Both the position numbers and the translations under genes were made by a program. Below are positions 31,457-40,925 of a DNA stretch of 55,175 nucleotides, one piece after another. How positions within the stretch are numbered: the first letter of the stretch is position 1; each line of letters begins with the position of its first letter. Under the pieces are notes generated by a model that saw nothing but the letters and a program-made list of their open reading frames with translations, had not been told where the DNA came from and did not search any database. Origin of the DNA: an uncultured Ruminococcus sp. (GTDB lineage: Bacteria > Bacillota > Clostridia > Oscillospirales > Ruminococcaceae); NCBI GenBank assembly GCA_905199285.1, contig CAJKFZ010000001.1, positions 1 to 55,175 on the forward strand, written 5' to 3'.

Positions 31457-33837
31457 CATGTCAGTAATTTTGAGGCGATATCAACCGTCTGTTTAGCGTC
31501 CTTTGCGTAGAAATCAGCGTTTATTTGCTTTGCATAGGATTCCGTTAAAACAGCTCCGCCGACAACGGTTTTGCAGTCGGGGTATTCCTTATTCAGGAGA
31601 GCGATCGTATCAGCCATAGCGCCGAGAGTAGTTGTCATCAGTGCGGAAAGTCCGACCAGCTTAACCTGATGCTGCACAGCCGCTTCAAGAACAAGCTTAG
31701 GGTCAACGTCTTTTCCGAGGTCGATAACCGTGAAACCGTAGCTTTCAAGAAGGACTTTAACGATATTCTTGCCGATATCGTGAATATCTCCCTTGACCGT
31801 TGCAAGAACTACCTTGCCCTTTGAAACGCTCTCGGAACCGCTCGCCGAGAGCTTCTGCTTTATTACCTCAAAGCAAGCCTGAGCTGCTCCGGCAGTGAGA
31901 ATAAGCTGTGGGAGGAATATTTTTCCTTTTTCAAATTTTGCTCCGGCTGAATCGAGAGCAGGAATAAGGTATCCGTTGATTATTTCCATAGCGTCAACGC
32001 TTCCGAGAAGTTCTTCAGCAGCTTTGACTGCGTCGTTTTTCAGTCCGTTTTCGACTGCATATATTAAATCGGGAGTTCCTTTATCCTGTGCAGGCGTCGG
32101 AGCAGTTTTAGAAGCTGGGGCAGCTCCGTCCTGAGCGTAAACGCTTATGAAATCAGCTGAATTCCGATCTATTCCGGCGAGGAGACGATATGCTCTTACC
32201 GCTCCGATTATCGAATCAACGTTAGGGTTTATAATCGGCAGATCAAGACCGCTGTGGAGCGCCATTGTAAGGAAAGTTCGGGTAATAAGCTCACGGTTCG
32301 GCAGACCAAAGGAAATGTTTGAAACACCGAGGACTGTTTTTAGCCCGAGTTCGGTTTTAACTCTGTGAAGAGCATTGAGCGTTTCCATAACTCCGTCCTG
32401 TTCAGCGGAAGCGGTAAGAGTGAGGCAGTCGATGAAAACATCCTCACGGGGAATGCCGTAGTCCATAGCTCTTTTCAGTATCTTTTCGGCGATAGCGAAT
32501 CTTCCCTCCGCAGTTTTAGGGATTCCGCCTTTATCAAGAGCAAGACCGACAACAGCTGCTCCGTATTTTTTTACGATTGGCAGAATAGTTTCAAGGGATT
32601 CATCCTCTCCGTTTACAGAGTTGACGATAGGTTTTCCGTTATACACACGCAGTCCGGCTTCGAGGACTTCGGGAATGGTCGAATCGAGCTGGAGCGGAGT
32701 GTCGCATATTCCCTGAATAGCCTTGACGGCGTTTATCATCATGGCTTTTTCGTCGATTCCGGGAAGTCCGACATTGACATCGAGAATTTCAGCTCCGGCA
32801 TGGATCTGCTCGACAGCCTGACCGAGAATATAGTCGATATCGTTTGCGAGAAGAGCCTCTTTAAAGCGCTTTTTTCCGGTTGGATTTATTCTTTCGCCGA
32901 TAACTCTCGGCTGATTTATTTCAACGTAGTTCACAGCGGAACAAACTCCGGATTTTCTTGTGATATTACGTTGCTTCCGTTTGATTCCGGCAAGAGCTTC
33001 GGTCATTTTACGGATATGATCGGGTGTAGTTCCGCAGCATCCTCCGAATATGACAACTCCTGCGCCTGCAAGCTTCAGTGCGCTTGCGGCAAAGTCATCA
33101 GGTCCGACGTTGTATTCGTTCGTTACAGGATCGGGCAGACCTGCATTCGGCTTTGCGATGACTGGCAAAGTCGTGAGCGAACAAATGCGTTCAAGAACCG
33201 GAAAAAGCTCCTCCGGACCAAGCGAGCAGTTCACTCCTATTGCGTCAGCGCCGAGACTTTCAAGAACAGCCGCCATACATTCCGGAGAAACGCCCGTAAA
33301 TGTACGCATATTTTCCTCGAATGTCATGGTGATAAGAACAGGCTTATCGGAGTTTTCTTTGGCGGCAAGAAGAGCCGCCTTGACCTCGTAAAGGTCGGTC
33401 ATAGTTTCGATGACGATAATATCGGCGTCTTTTCCTGCAAGAACGACTTCCTTGTAGCAGTCGTAAGCGTCCTCAAATTTAAGAGTGCCGGACGGTTCAA
33501 GAAGCTGACCGATAGGACCGATATCAAGAGCGACAAGAGCTTTGTCTCCGGCGGCGGTACGGGCGTTTCCTACGGCAGCTCCGACGATTTCTTCCGTGGA
33601 ATGACCGCATTTTGCAAGCTTATACCTGTTTGCACCGAAAGTATTTGCATAGATGATATCTGAACCGCTTTCGATATAAAGGCGGTGTATCTTCATTATG
33701 GCTTCCGGATTTGTAAGATTGAGAAGCTCCGGAACGTGTTCGGTTTCGATTCCGAAAGACTGGAGCATAGTTCCCATACCTCCGTCGAGAAAAACAAATT
33801 CGTTTTTTTCGAGAAGGGAGTAGAATTTATCAGACAT
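31456..33837 (-). CDS. metH: B12-dependent methionine synthase lacking the reactivation domain
   Basis: LDGGMGT, GVNC, GGCCGTTP, IGERINPTG and cobalamin motif GDIHDIGKN. Ends at 793 aa. Confidence 0.9.
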   Translation of the reverse strand: MSDKFYSLLEKNEFVFLDGGMGTMLQSFGIETEHVPELLNLTNPEAIMKIHRLYIESGSDIIYANTFGANRYKLAKCGHSTEEIVGAAVGNARTAAGDKALVALDIGPIGQLLEPSGTLKFEDAYDCYKEVVLAGKDADIIVIETMTDLYEVKAALLAAKENSDKPVLITMTFEENMRTFTGVSPECMAAVLESLGADAIGVNCSLGPEELFPVLERICSLTTLPVIAKPNAGLPDPVTNEYNVGPDDFAASALKLAGAGVVIFGGCCGTTPDHIRKMTEALAGIKRKQRNITRKSGVCSAVNYVEINQPRVIGERINPTGKKRFKEALLANDIDYILGQAVEQIHAGAEILDVNVGLPGIDEKAMMINAVKAIQGICDTPLQLDSTIPEVLEAGLRVYNGKPIVNSVNGEDESLETILPIVKKYGAAVVGLALDKGGIPKTAEGRFAIAEKILKRAMDYGIPREDVFIDCLTLTASAEQDGVMETLNALHRVKTELGLKTVLGVSNISFGLPNRELITRTFLTMALHSGLDLPIINPNVDSIIGAVRAYRLLAGIDRNSADFISVYAQDGAAPASKTAPTPAQDKGTPDLIYAVENGLKNDAVKAAEELLGSVDAMEIINGYLIPALDSAGAKFEKGKIFLPQLILTAGAAQACFEVIKQKLSASGSESVSKGKVVLATVKGDIHDIGKNIVKVLLESYGFTVIDLGKDVDPKLVLEAAVQHQVKLVGLSALMTTTLGAMADTIALLNKEYPDCKTVVGGAVLTESYAKQINADFYAKDAKQTVDIASKLLT

Positions 33838-33898
33838 AGCAATGATATCCTCCTGATATGGTCTGGAATAAAAATTGAGACATTAGGGTAAGTTATAA

Positions 33899-33999
33899 GC
33901 GAATCGTCCGCTCGAAACGCTACGGGGCTTTGCCCCGATACCCCACAAGGGCTGTCTGCCCTTGACCTGACCAAAGGGATATTATCCCTTTGGAATCCC
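33899..33999 (-). repeat. Palindromic repeat copy 6, three-hairpin form with partial second module
   Basis: GGGATTCCAAAGGGAT..ATCCCTTTGG, CAAGGGC..GCCCTTG, CGGGGCAAAGCCCCG, then GAGCGGACGATT. Confidence 0.85.
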
Positions 34000-34083
34000 G
34001 TTATTATTGTAAATCATGAGCGAAGTGTTCTTATATCTTTTATCGGAAGCAACTCCGTGATAGGGTGCAGCGTCACGCTGCCT

Positions 34084-35205
34084 TTATTCGCTTTTAAAAG
34101 TTCCGAGAATACGGAAATATTCGAGGTTTTCTTTAAGGTCACGCAGCGTTGCCTGAACAACGTCGTCCGTAATTTTTCCGCTGAAATCAATATAAAACAG
34201 AACATCGAAGCTTCCGTCACGAACAGGTCTGCTTTCGATTCTGAGAAGATTCATTCCATTTACATAAAATTTTGTCAGCAGACGGTAAAGACTTCCCTCT
34301 GTGTGGGGTATCTTCAGCATAACGGAAACAGCGTCGGAATCCTTATCTGACTCCATATTGCGTGAAATACAGACAAATTTAGTGCGGTTTACAGAGCAGT
34401 CGGCAATATTTTGGGAAAGAATTTTCAGTCCGAGTTTTTCTGCGCACTCAACAGAACATATGGCGGCAAGCTTTTCATCGGAAGCGCTTGAAGCGACCAT
34501 TTCAGCCGCCGTAGCCGTATTGCCGTATTCAGCTGTTTTAAGAGCGTTGTCCGAGATAAAATCTCCGCATTGAGCAAGAGCCTGGGGATGAGAATAGACG
34601 CAGCTTATTTCTGAAACCGGAATATCCTCTTTAGCGGCGAGACAATGGTTGATCTCAACGATAACTTCCTTGACTATGTAAACGTAATACTCCGACATAA
34701 GGTCGTATGTGCTGTTGACCGAGCCTGCTGTTGAATTATGAAAAGGCAGAACGCCGTAATCAAGTTCACCAGACTGAACCGCTTTAAAAACGTCCTCGAA
34801 AGTATCGTAAAATGTTATATCCTTATCACCGAAAATCATTTTTGCCGCCGTTTCGGAGTTCGCTCCGGAAGTACCCTGACAGCCTATTTTGACTGCATTT
34901 TCAAAATTGGTCGGAACAAGGGTATAATCTGTCGTTTCCGCAAGAATAGTACGGTTTTGAAGAATTTTGCTTATATCCATTATAGTTGTGAAAAGAGCCG
35001 CAGTGCCGTTTTCGAGTTCGGGAGAAGCAGTAAGAGCCTTTATACGGTCGATGACCTGCTGTTCTCTTCCGCCCTGGAAAACGGGGAGATCATGAATCTT
35101 TTTATAATCCGCAACTCCTTTGCAGAGCTCCATTCTTTTCATAAAAAGGGAAAGTATTTCGCTGTCTATATCGTCAATTCCATTGCGAAGCTGCTGTAAA
35201 TCCAT
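34084..35205 (-). CDS. pheA: Bifunctional chorismate mutase / prephenate dehydratase
   Basis: LRNGIDDID chorismate mutase domain, NSTAGSV, YSHPQALAQC, NRTKF, ACT domain with IESRP. Confidence 0.93.
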   Translation of the reverse strand: MDLQQLRNGIDDIDSEILSLFMKRMELCKGVADYKKIHDLPVFQGGREQQVIDRIKALTASPELENGTAALFTTIMDISKILQNRTILAETTDYTLVPTNFENAVKIGCQGTSGANSETAAKMIFGDKDITFYDTFEDVFKAVQSGELDYGVLPFHNSTAGSVNSTYDLMSEYYVYIVKEVIVEINHCLAAKEDIPVSEISCVYSHPQALAQCGDFISDNALKTAEYGNTATAAEMVASSASDEKLAAICSVECAEKLGLKILSQNIADCSVNRTKFVCISRNMESDKDSDAVSVMLKIPHTEGSLYRLLTKFYVNGMNLLRIESRPVRDGSFDVLFYIDFSGKITDDVVQATLRDLKENLEYFRILGTFKSE

Positions 35206-35303
35206 TAATAAATCCTCCGTAATAAATCAGTAAAAACGTCTCTGAAAGCCGAAAAGGAAAACATTTAATGTAAAACTTCAGCCAGCAGAAACTGCCACAA
35301 TAT

Positions 35304-35332
35304 AGTATAACAGATTTTTTTATAAAAATCAA
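35304..35332 (-). promoter_or_regulatory. Sigma-A promoter of pheA
   Basis: TTGATT-17-TATACT. Confidence 0.6.
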
Positions 35333-35352
35333 GAAAAAATAGAATAAATATA

Positions 35353-35382
35353 TTGCAAACGGCAATGCTTTTGTGATATAAT
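35353..35382 (+). promoter_or_regulatory. Sigma-A promoter of ruvC
   Basis: TTGCAA-18-TATAAT with extended TG. Confidence 0.6.
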
Positions 35383-35432
35383 AGTATGGAATATAGTGAA
35401 AAGGTATATCTATTTGATTTTAAGGATAAATA

Positions 35433-35918
35433 ATGAAAAAAATAAGAATTTTAGGAATAGATCCCGGCTATGCAATAGTTGGCTTCGGCGTTCTTGATTA
35501 CGATGGGATAAATTTTACTCCAATTGAATACGGAGCAGTTCTTACCGAGGCGAATACGCCTTTTCCGGAGCGGCTTAAAGCTATTCACGATGATATAGAA
35601 TTCATCTTTGAAAAGTTCCGTCCGGAATGCATGGCGATAGAGCGTCTTTATTTCACATCAAATCAGAAAACTGCCATTGATGTTGCTCAGGCAAGAGGAG
35701 TTACCGTTCTTTCGGCGGCAAAAAGGGGAATTCCCGTTTCGGAATACACTCCGCTTCAGGTAAAGCAGTCGGTAGTCGGATACGGAAAGGCTGAGAAAAT
35801 GCAGGTTATGGAAATGACCAAACGGCTTCTCGGTCTTGCTCAGATACCAAAGCCCGACGACGCTGCCGACGCTCTTGCTATAGCTATATGTCACGGGCAC
35901 AGTACACGCTTCGGATGA
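35433..35918 (+). CDS. ruvC: Holliday junction resolvase
   Basis: ILGIDPG, AIERLYF, QARG, YTPLQVK, DDAADALAIAICH. Confidence 0.96.
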   Translation: MKKIRILGIDPGYAIVGFGVLDYDGINFTPIEYGAVLTEANTPFPERLKAIHDDIEFIFEKFRPECMAIERLYFTSNQKTAIDVAQARGVTVLSAAKRGIPVSEYTPLQVKQSVVGYGKAEKMQVMEMTKRLLGLAQIPKPDDAADALAIAICHGHSTRFG

Positions 35919-35943
35919 AAATTTCAGCAAAGGAAAACGAAAT

Positions 35944-36567
35944 ATGATTTACAGTTTAAAAGGAAAAATAACAGTAAAAGAGCTTGGACTTGTCGTTATA
36001 GAATGCGGCGGAGTAGGCTATGGATGCAGAACATCCTATAACACGGTCTCTCATATCGGAGAGATAGGCAGCGAAGCTATGCTTTATACTTATCTTTACG
36101 TTCGTGAGGATAATGTTGAGCTGTTCGGTTTTGCTTCTCAGCAGGAACTCAGCTGTTTCAGACTTCTTATCTCTGTTTCAGGAGTAGGACCTAAAGCGGC
36201 AACATCAATATTATCGGATATGACTCCGGAAAAATTTGCTTTTTTTGTGGCGTCGGGCGACAGCAAAGCCTTCACCAAAACAAAGGGTATCGGTGCAAAA
36301 ACTGCTCAGAGAATAGTCCTTGAGCTGAAAGACAAGATATCGTCGGAATCTATCGGAGGAACGATATCTCAGGAAAATTTCGGATATTCGGACGTTTCCG
36401 GCGCAGGAGCTTCAAACTCCGTAACGGAAGCGCTTGAAGCTTTGATGGTTCTCGGATATTCACAGGGCGAAGCCGCTTCGGTTCTCCGCAAGCTCGATCC
36501 TGAAATGAGTACTCAGGATCTCATAAAAGAAACTTTAAGGCTTATGACCTCAAAAAATTTAAAATAA
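35944..36567 (+). CDS. ruvA: Holliday junction branch migration protein
   Basis: GGVGY, VRED..LFGF, VSGVGPK, GIGAKTAQRIVLELKDK, LGYS. Confidence 0.96.
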   Translation: MIYSLKGKITVKELGLVVIECGGVGYGCRTSYNTVSHIGEIGSEAMLYTYLYVREDNVELFGFASQQELSCFRLLISVSGVGPKAATSILSDMTPEKFAFFVASGDSKAFTKTKGIGAKTAQRIVLELKDKISSESIGGTISQENFGYSDVSGAGASNSVTEALEALMVLGYSQGEAASVLRKLDPEMSTQDLIKETLRLMTSKNLK

Positions 36568-36592
36568 TACATACAGAAGGGAAGAAAATACT

Positions 36593-37327
36593 ATGATGAA
36601 TCTCGATGAATTACTGAAAGCGGCAATCAAAGACCCTGCACAGCGTTCTGTTTTTTTACAGACGCTTATCAAAAGCGATGTGTACGTTATCTGCAAAAAT
36701 CCCGTGAAACAGGAGAGAGGAAGAGCTGAAGGAGGCATTCAGCTTGAGCTTGTTACAACTCAGAATCCTGACGGCGATATGTTTATTCCGTTTTTCACAA
36801 GCTATCGTGCGCTCCAGCAGTTTGCAAAGCGTTATGTTGACTGCTATAAGATCAACTGTCTCAGACTTTTCGACCTTATTCAGTCCGTTTCAGCCGTTCT
36901 GAATCCGAATTCCTACGGCAAGGAGTTCTCGTCGCAGGAGATAAAGAGCATACTTATGGTTGCAAGAAACCTCAAGATCAAGGCTATTTCGTATAACGAA
37001 GCCGATATAATCTCTTATCGTCCTGTTGAGCATTCTGTTTCGCATATAACAAAAGCGGCAAGCAAATTCCTCTCAAAACAGCCTAATGTTGACAGAGCAT
37101 TTATTATGGAGATGATAAAAGGCTGCGAAAAACCGCAGATACTTATGGTTCTCGATATGCTCGGAAGCACAAGAAAGCTTTTCGTTCCGCTTTCAAAATA
37201 TCTCTCAAAGATAGTCAAGCATAACGAACATCTCTGCTTTATAAGCTATGAACAGGATATGGGCAAAAAAGCTGCGGAGACAGTCGAGCCTTTTTATGTC
37301 AGAAAAAAGCGTTATTTTGAAAAATAA
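36593..37327 (+). CDS. SseB family protein (N- and C-terminal domains)
   Basis: IPFFTS, VLNP..YGKEF, VDRAFI and C-terminal PFY pattern. Confidence 0.7.
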   Translation: MMNLDELLKAAIKDPAQRSVFLQTLIKSDVYVICKNPVKQERGRAEGGIQLELVTTQNPDGDMFIPFFTSYRALQQFAKRYVDCYKINCLRLFDLIQSVSAVLNPNSYGKEFSSQEIKSILMVARNLKIKAISYNEADIISYRPVEHSVSHITKAASKFLSKQPNVDRAFIMEMIKGCEKPQILMVLDMLGSTRKLFVPLSKYLSKIVKHNEHLCFISYEQDMGKKAAETVEPFYVRKKRYFEK

Positions 37328-37351
37328 AATTTATTCAGGAGTTTTTTTAAA

Positions 37352-38410
37352 TTGATACAGACAGAGGATATGGAGTTCGCTCCCAGAATTATTACGCCTG
37401 AAAATACTCAGGAGGACAGCGATATTGAACTTAGCCTGCGTCCGCAGACTCTTCATGAATATATCGGACAGGATAAGGTAAAGGAAAATCTCGCAATTTA
37501 TATCGAAGCCGCAAAACGCAGAGGAGAGCCGCTCGACCACGTCCTTTTATACGGTCCTCCCGGACTTGGTAAAACTACTCTTTCAGCCGTTATTGCTCAT
37601 GAGCTTGGAGTTAATCTCCGTGTGACCACAGGTCCGGCTATCGAAAAACCGGGCGATCTTGTTTCGCTTCTTACAAGCCTTTCCGACAATGACGTTCTTT
37701 TTATTGACGAGATACATCGTCTTTCCCGTGCGGTTGAGGAAATTCTCTACCCTGCGCTTGAGGACAGAGTCATTGATATAATCATAGGCAAAGGCCCTTC
37801 GGCACGTTCGATAAGAATGGATCTGAAGCCGTTTACCCTTATCGGAGCAACTACACGAGCCGGACAGCTTTCGGCTCCGCTTCGTGACCGTTTCGGAGTA
37901 ATTCAGCGGCTTGAGCTTTATTCAAACGATCAGCTTACCGATATTATCAGAAGAAGTGCAATGATACTCGGTATTCCCTGCGAAACGGACGGAGCTGCGG
38001 AAATTGCCGGAAGAGCAAGAGGTACTCCCCGAATCGCAAACCGACTCCTTAAAAGAGTGCGTGATTTTGCCGATGTTATGGGAAACGGACAAGTTACGAA
38101 AAATATAGCTTCTATCGCTTTAAGCCGTCTCGATATAGACGAGCTTGGACTTGACAGCCTTGACAGACGAATGCTTGAAATGATAATCAAGGGCTACGGC
38201 GGAGGTCCTGTCGGTCTGGAAACGCTTGCTTCGGCGATAAACGAAGAAGCGATAACGCTTGAGGACGTATGCGAGCCTTTCCTTATGCAGCTCGGATTCC
38301 TCGGAAGAACTCCGAGAGGAAGAGTTGCGACCAAGCTTGCTTATGAACATCTCGGAATCGTAAGACCTGATCAGGATTCGTCTTCGGACAGCGGTCAGCT
38401 CACCTTCTGA
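37352..38410 (+). CDS. ruvB: Holliday junction branch migration ATPase
   Basis: [50 protein letters not shown]. Confidence 0.97.
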   Translation: MIQTEDMEFAPRIITPENTQEDSDIELSLRPQTLHEYIGQDKVKENLAIYIEAAKRRGEPLDHVLLYGPPGLGKTTLSAVIAHELGVNLRVTTGPAIEKPGDLVSLLTSLSDNDVLFIDEIHRLSRAVEEILYPALEDRVIDIIIGKGPSARSIRMDLKPFTLIGATTRAGQLSAPLRDRFGVIQRLELYSNDQLTDIIRRSAMILGIPCETDGAAEIAGRARGTPRIANRLLKRVRDFADVMGNGQVTKNIASIALSRLDIDELGLDSLDRRMLEMIIKGYGGGPVGLETLASAINEEAITLEDVCEPFLMQLGFLGRTPRGRVATKLAYEHLGIVRPDQDSSSDSGQLTF

Positions 38411-38412
38411 AT

Positions 38413-38943
38413 ATGCTTATCAGAGGAACAAAGACTTATAATCTGAAACATAATGAAAATCTTCCTGATCATACCGAATCCGGAAAAATGATAAACGGTC
38501 AGGGCAGAGGAGCAGTTTCACGGTATCGCTACGGCATATGCCCCATGAGTTTCAACGGGTGCGAGGTGATCGCAGTTCATAACGCTCTCGTTTATCTGGG
38601 AATTCCGCAGAAATTGAGCGATATAGCCTTTTATATGGAGCGATTCAGGATGCTTTTCGGCTTTTTCGGATGCAATCCGTATAAGATCGGTAAAGCGCTT
38701 AAACATTTCGGAGCTGAGTATGAAAAAACAAGAACTATCGGAAATACCGGAGCTTTTATAGCCGTTTTCTGGACGAAGATACCGTTTTTGTCGTCGATAC
38801 ACACGATTTTCTGCATTCATAAAGAGAACGGGATAGAAAGTTATAATGTTTACAATAATTGTACCGAAGCAAAAACTTGTAAAAATATACAAGAACTTAT
38901 CGGCAGAAGAAAGCCTATAGTTATATATAAAATAAAGAAATAA
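38413..38943 (+). CDS. Hypothetical protein, possible C39/papain-like cysteine peptidase
   Basis: Q...NGCEVIAVHNAL, then IHT and YN, consistent with a Cys-His-Asn order. Confidence 0.5.
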   Translation: MLIRGTKTYNLKHNENLPDHTESGKMINGQGRGAVSRYRYGICPMSFNGCEVIAVHNALVYLGIPQKLSDIAFYMERFRMLFGFFGCNPYKIGKALKHFGAEYEKTRTIGNTGAFIAVFWTKIPFLSSIHTIFCIHKENGIESYNVYNNCTEAKTCKNIQELIGRRKPIVIYKIKK

Positions 38944-38980
38944 GGGCGTTTTCGCCTTAGAACAAAGAGGAGAATAATAA

Positions 38981-40333
38981 ATGTCAAAACTGTTCGGAAC
39001 AGACAGTGCAAGAGGTATCACTGTTGCCGAGCTTTCATGCGAGCTCGCTATGCAGGCAGGAAAGGCGGCAGCCGAGCTTCTTGCCAAGGAACAGGGAGAA
39101 AAAATAATCGTTGCAAAAGATAAAACCCTGTCATCGGATGTGCTTGAAGCGGCAGTCTGCGCCGGGATATGCTCTTCCGGAATAGACGCTGAAACAATAG
39201 GAGCAGTTCCGGCTGCCGCTGTTTCCTACATAGTAAAAGAGCATAAAGCCGCTGCCGGAATTATGATAACAGAAGCTGCCGGCTCGGAAGATTCAAGCGG
39301 CATAAGAATATTCGGAAGAAGCGGTCTGCGTCTTAGCGAAGCTGCTCAGCAGGAAATAGAAAACTATGTCTTCGGCTGTCACGAGGATGCTGAGAAACGA
39401 TTTGACGGTATCGGTAAAATGCTTAATTGCAGCAGCGCAGCCGATGAGTATATGGAACACATAAGGTCAGCGGTAAAAACCGATCTTGGCGGACTTAAAA
39501 TTGCCGTGGACTGTGGAAGAAGCAGCGCCGGAATTACGGCTGAAAGACTGTTTGCCGAGCTTGGAGCGGAGGTTGTTATGCTTCCGGAAAATCCTGCCGG
39601 AGAGGAATCTGATTTTGCTCCGGATATAACAAATCTTGAAAGGCTTATGGAATTTGTCGCAGACGGAGACTGCTGCTGCGGTCTTGCTATCGACGGCGAC
39701 GGCGGAAGCTGTCTTGCTGTAGACGAAAACGGAGTGCTCGTTGATGGGGATTCGCTGCTTGCCATATTTTCCAAATTCTATAAGGAACAGGGCTGCCTTA
39801 AAGAAAATACCGCTGTAATAAGCATTATGAGCAGTTTGGGACTTGTCAATTTTGCCAAAGAAAACGGAATAAACGTGGTTACATCCGGCGGATGGGGAAG
39901 AAGCGTTATCGACCGCATGATCGAAGGCGGATATAATCTTGGCGGAGGACAGAGCGGTCACATTTTTTTCACAGACGATTCTGCCTGCGACGACGGACAG
40001 CTCTGCGGTGCAAGACTTCTTGAAATCATGAAAATAACCGGAAAAAAACTCAGCGAGCTTGCCGGAGAAATGAAACGTCTGCCCCAGATATCGCTGAATG
40101 TCAGGATATCCGACAGCAGCCGTGAGGTCTGGAAAAACGACGGTGAAATAACCGGACTTATCGAAAGCTTTGAAACAGATCTTGGCAGCGAGGGCAGAAT
40201 TATCGTCCGTGAGGGCGGCGAAAACGGTTCTTTTATCAGAGTTATGATAGAGGGAAACGATTTTGGCAGGATAAATTCCATGGCTATGGAAATTGCACGG
40301 AAAATCAAGGAAAGATGTGCAGTAAGAGGGTGA
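38981..40333 (+). CDS. Phosphoglucosamine mutase (GlmM)-like protein with degenerate active site
   Basis: MSKLFGTD, LKIAVDC, DGD.LL, SGH and RVMIEG give the GlmM fold, but the SASHNP phosphoserine motif is missing. Confidence 0.8.
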   Translation: MSKLFGTDSARGITVAELSCELAMQAGKAAAELLAKEQGEKIIVAKDKTLSSDVLEAAVCAGICSSGIDAETIGAVPAAAVSYIVKEHKAAAGIMITEAAGSEDSSGIRIFGRSGLRLSEAAQQEIENYVFGCHEDAEKRFDGIGKMLNCSSAADEYMEHIRSAVKTDLGGLKIAVDCGRSSAGITAERLFAELGAEVVMLPENPAGEESDFAPDITNLERLMEFVADGDCCCGLAIDGDGGSCLAVDENGVLVDGDSLLAIFSKFYKEQGCLKENTAVISIMSSLGLVNFAKENGINVVTSGGWGRSVIDRMIEGGYNLGGGQSGHIFFTDDSACDDGQLCGARLLEIMKITGKKLSELAGEMKRLPQISLNVRISDSSREVWKNDGEITGLIESFETDLGSEGRIIVREGGENGSFIRVMIEGNDFGRINSMAMEIARKIKERCAVRG

Positions 40334-40339
40334 TAAGGT

Positions 40340-40747
40340 TTGAGTATGGATATTTGGCAGAATCTTTACGATCGTGCAAGGTCTGTTCAGAACGATAGAA
40401 AAATCTCCCCATTTATTGAAGCCGGAGGAGTTGCGGCGGCAATTCTCACACGAAACGGAAATATTTATCTTGGTGTGTGTATAGATACCGCTTCTACTCT
40501 TGGAATGTGCGCCGAGAGAAACGCTATTGCGAATATGATAACAAATGGTGAGAGTCGTATTGAAAAGGTTGTTGCAGTAATGCCCGACGGCAGAGTCGGT
40601 TCGCCGTGCGGAGCCTGCCGTGAATATATGATGCAGCTTGACAAGGATAGTGGAGATATTGAAATACTTCTCGACCTTGAAAGCAGAAGAACGATTCGCC
40701 TTAAAGAACTTATTCCTGATTGGTGGGGCGAAGAAGAGTTCAGATAA
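40340..40747 (+). CDS. Cytidine deaminase family protein
   Basis: Zn motifs CAERNAI and PCGACRE. Confidence 0.85.
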   Translation: MSMDIWQNLYDRARSVQNDRKISPFIEAGGVAAAILTRNGNIYLGVCIDTASTLGMCAERNAIANMITNGESRIEKVVAVMPDGRVGSPCGACREYMMQLDKDSGDIEILLDLESRRTIRLKELIPDWWGEEEFR

Positions 40748-40925
40748 TTGAAATAATTGGTCTGAAATTGTATTTGCATATATAAATTCTTAGGAGATAG
40801 CTATGAGCTTATATTCGGAGACTGCGGAAGAATTTATTTCTATATCCGGAAAAAAGACCTTGCAGAGCGAAATTTTGATAATGTGCAGCTGATTTTACAG
40901 TGCAGCTGATTTAAGGAGAATTAAT

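Noticed and set aside
29881..33663. Long antisense ORFs (29881-30759, 32365-33663 and similar elsewhere)
   Set aside because: Shadows of strongly codon-biased genes, with no RBS or recognisable motifs.
31456..33837. metH as a truncated pseudogene
   Set aside because: Split MetH with a separately encoded reactivation domain is common in Firmicutes, and the frame ends cleanly after the cobalamin domain.
33838..34083. SAM or cobalamin riboswitch upstream of metH
   Set aside because: No recognisable consensus. The hairpins belong to repeat copy 6.
35206..35432. Strand switch as a replication origin
   Set aside because: No dnaA gene or DnaA-box cluster. Two divergent promoters explain it.
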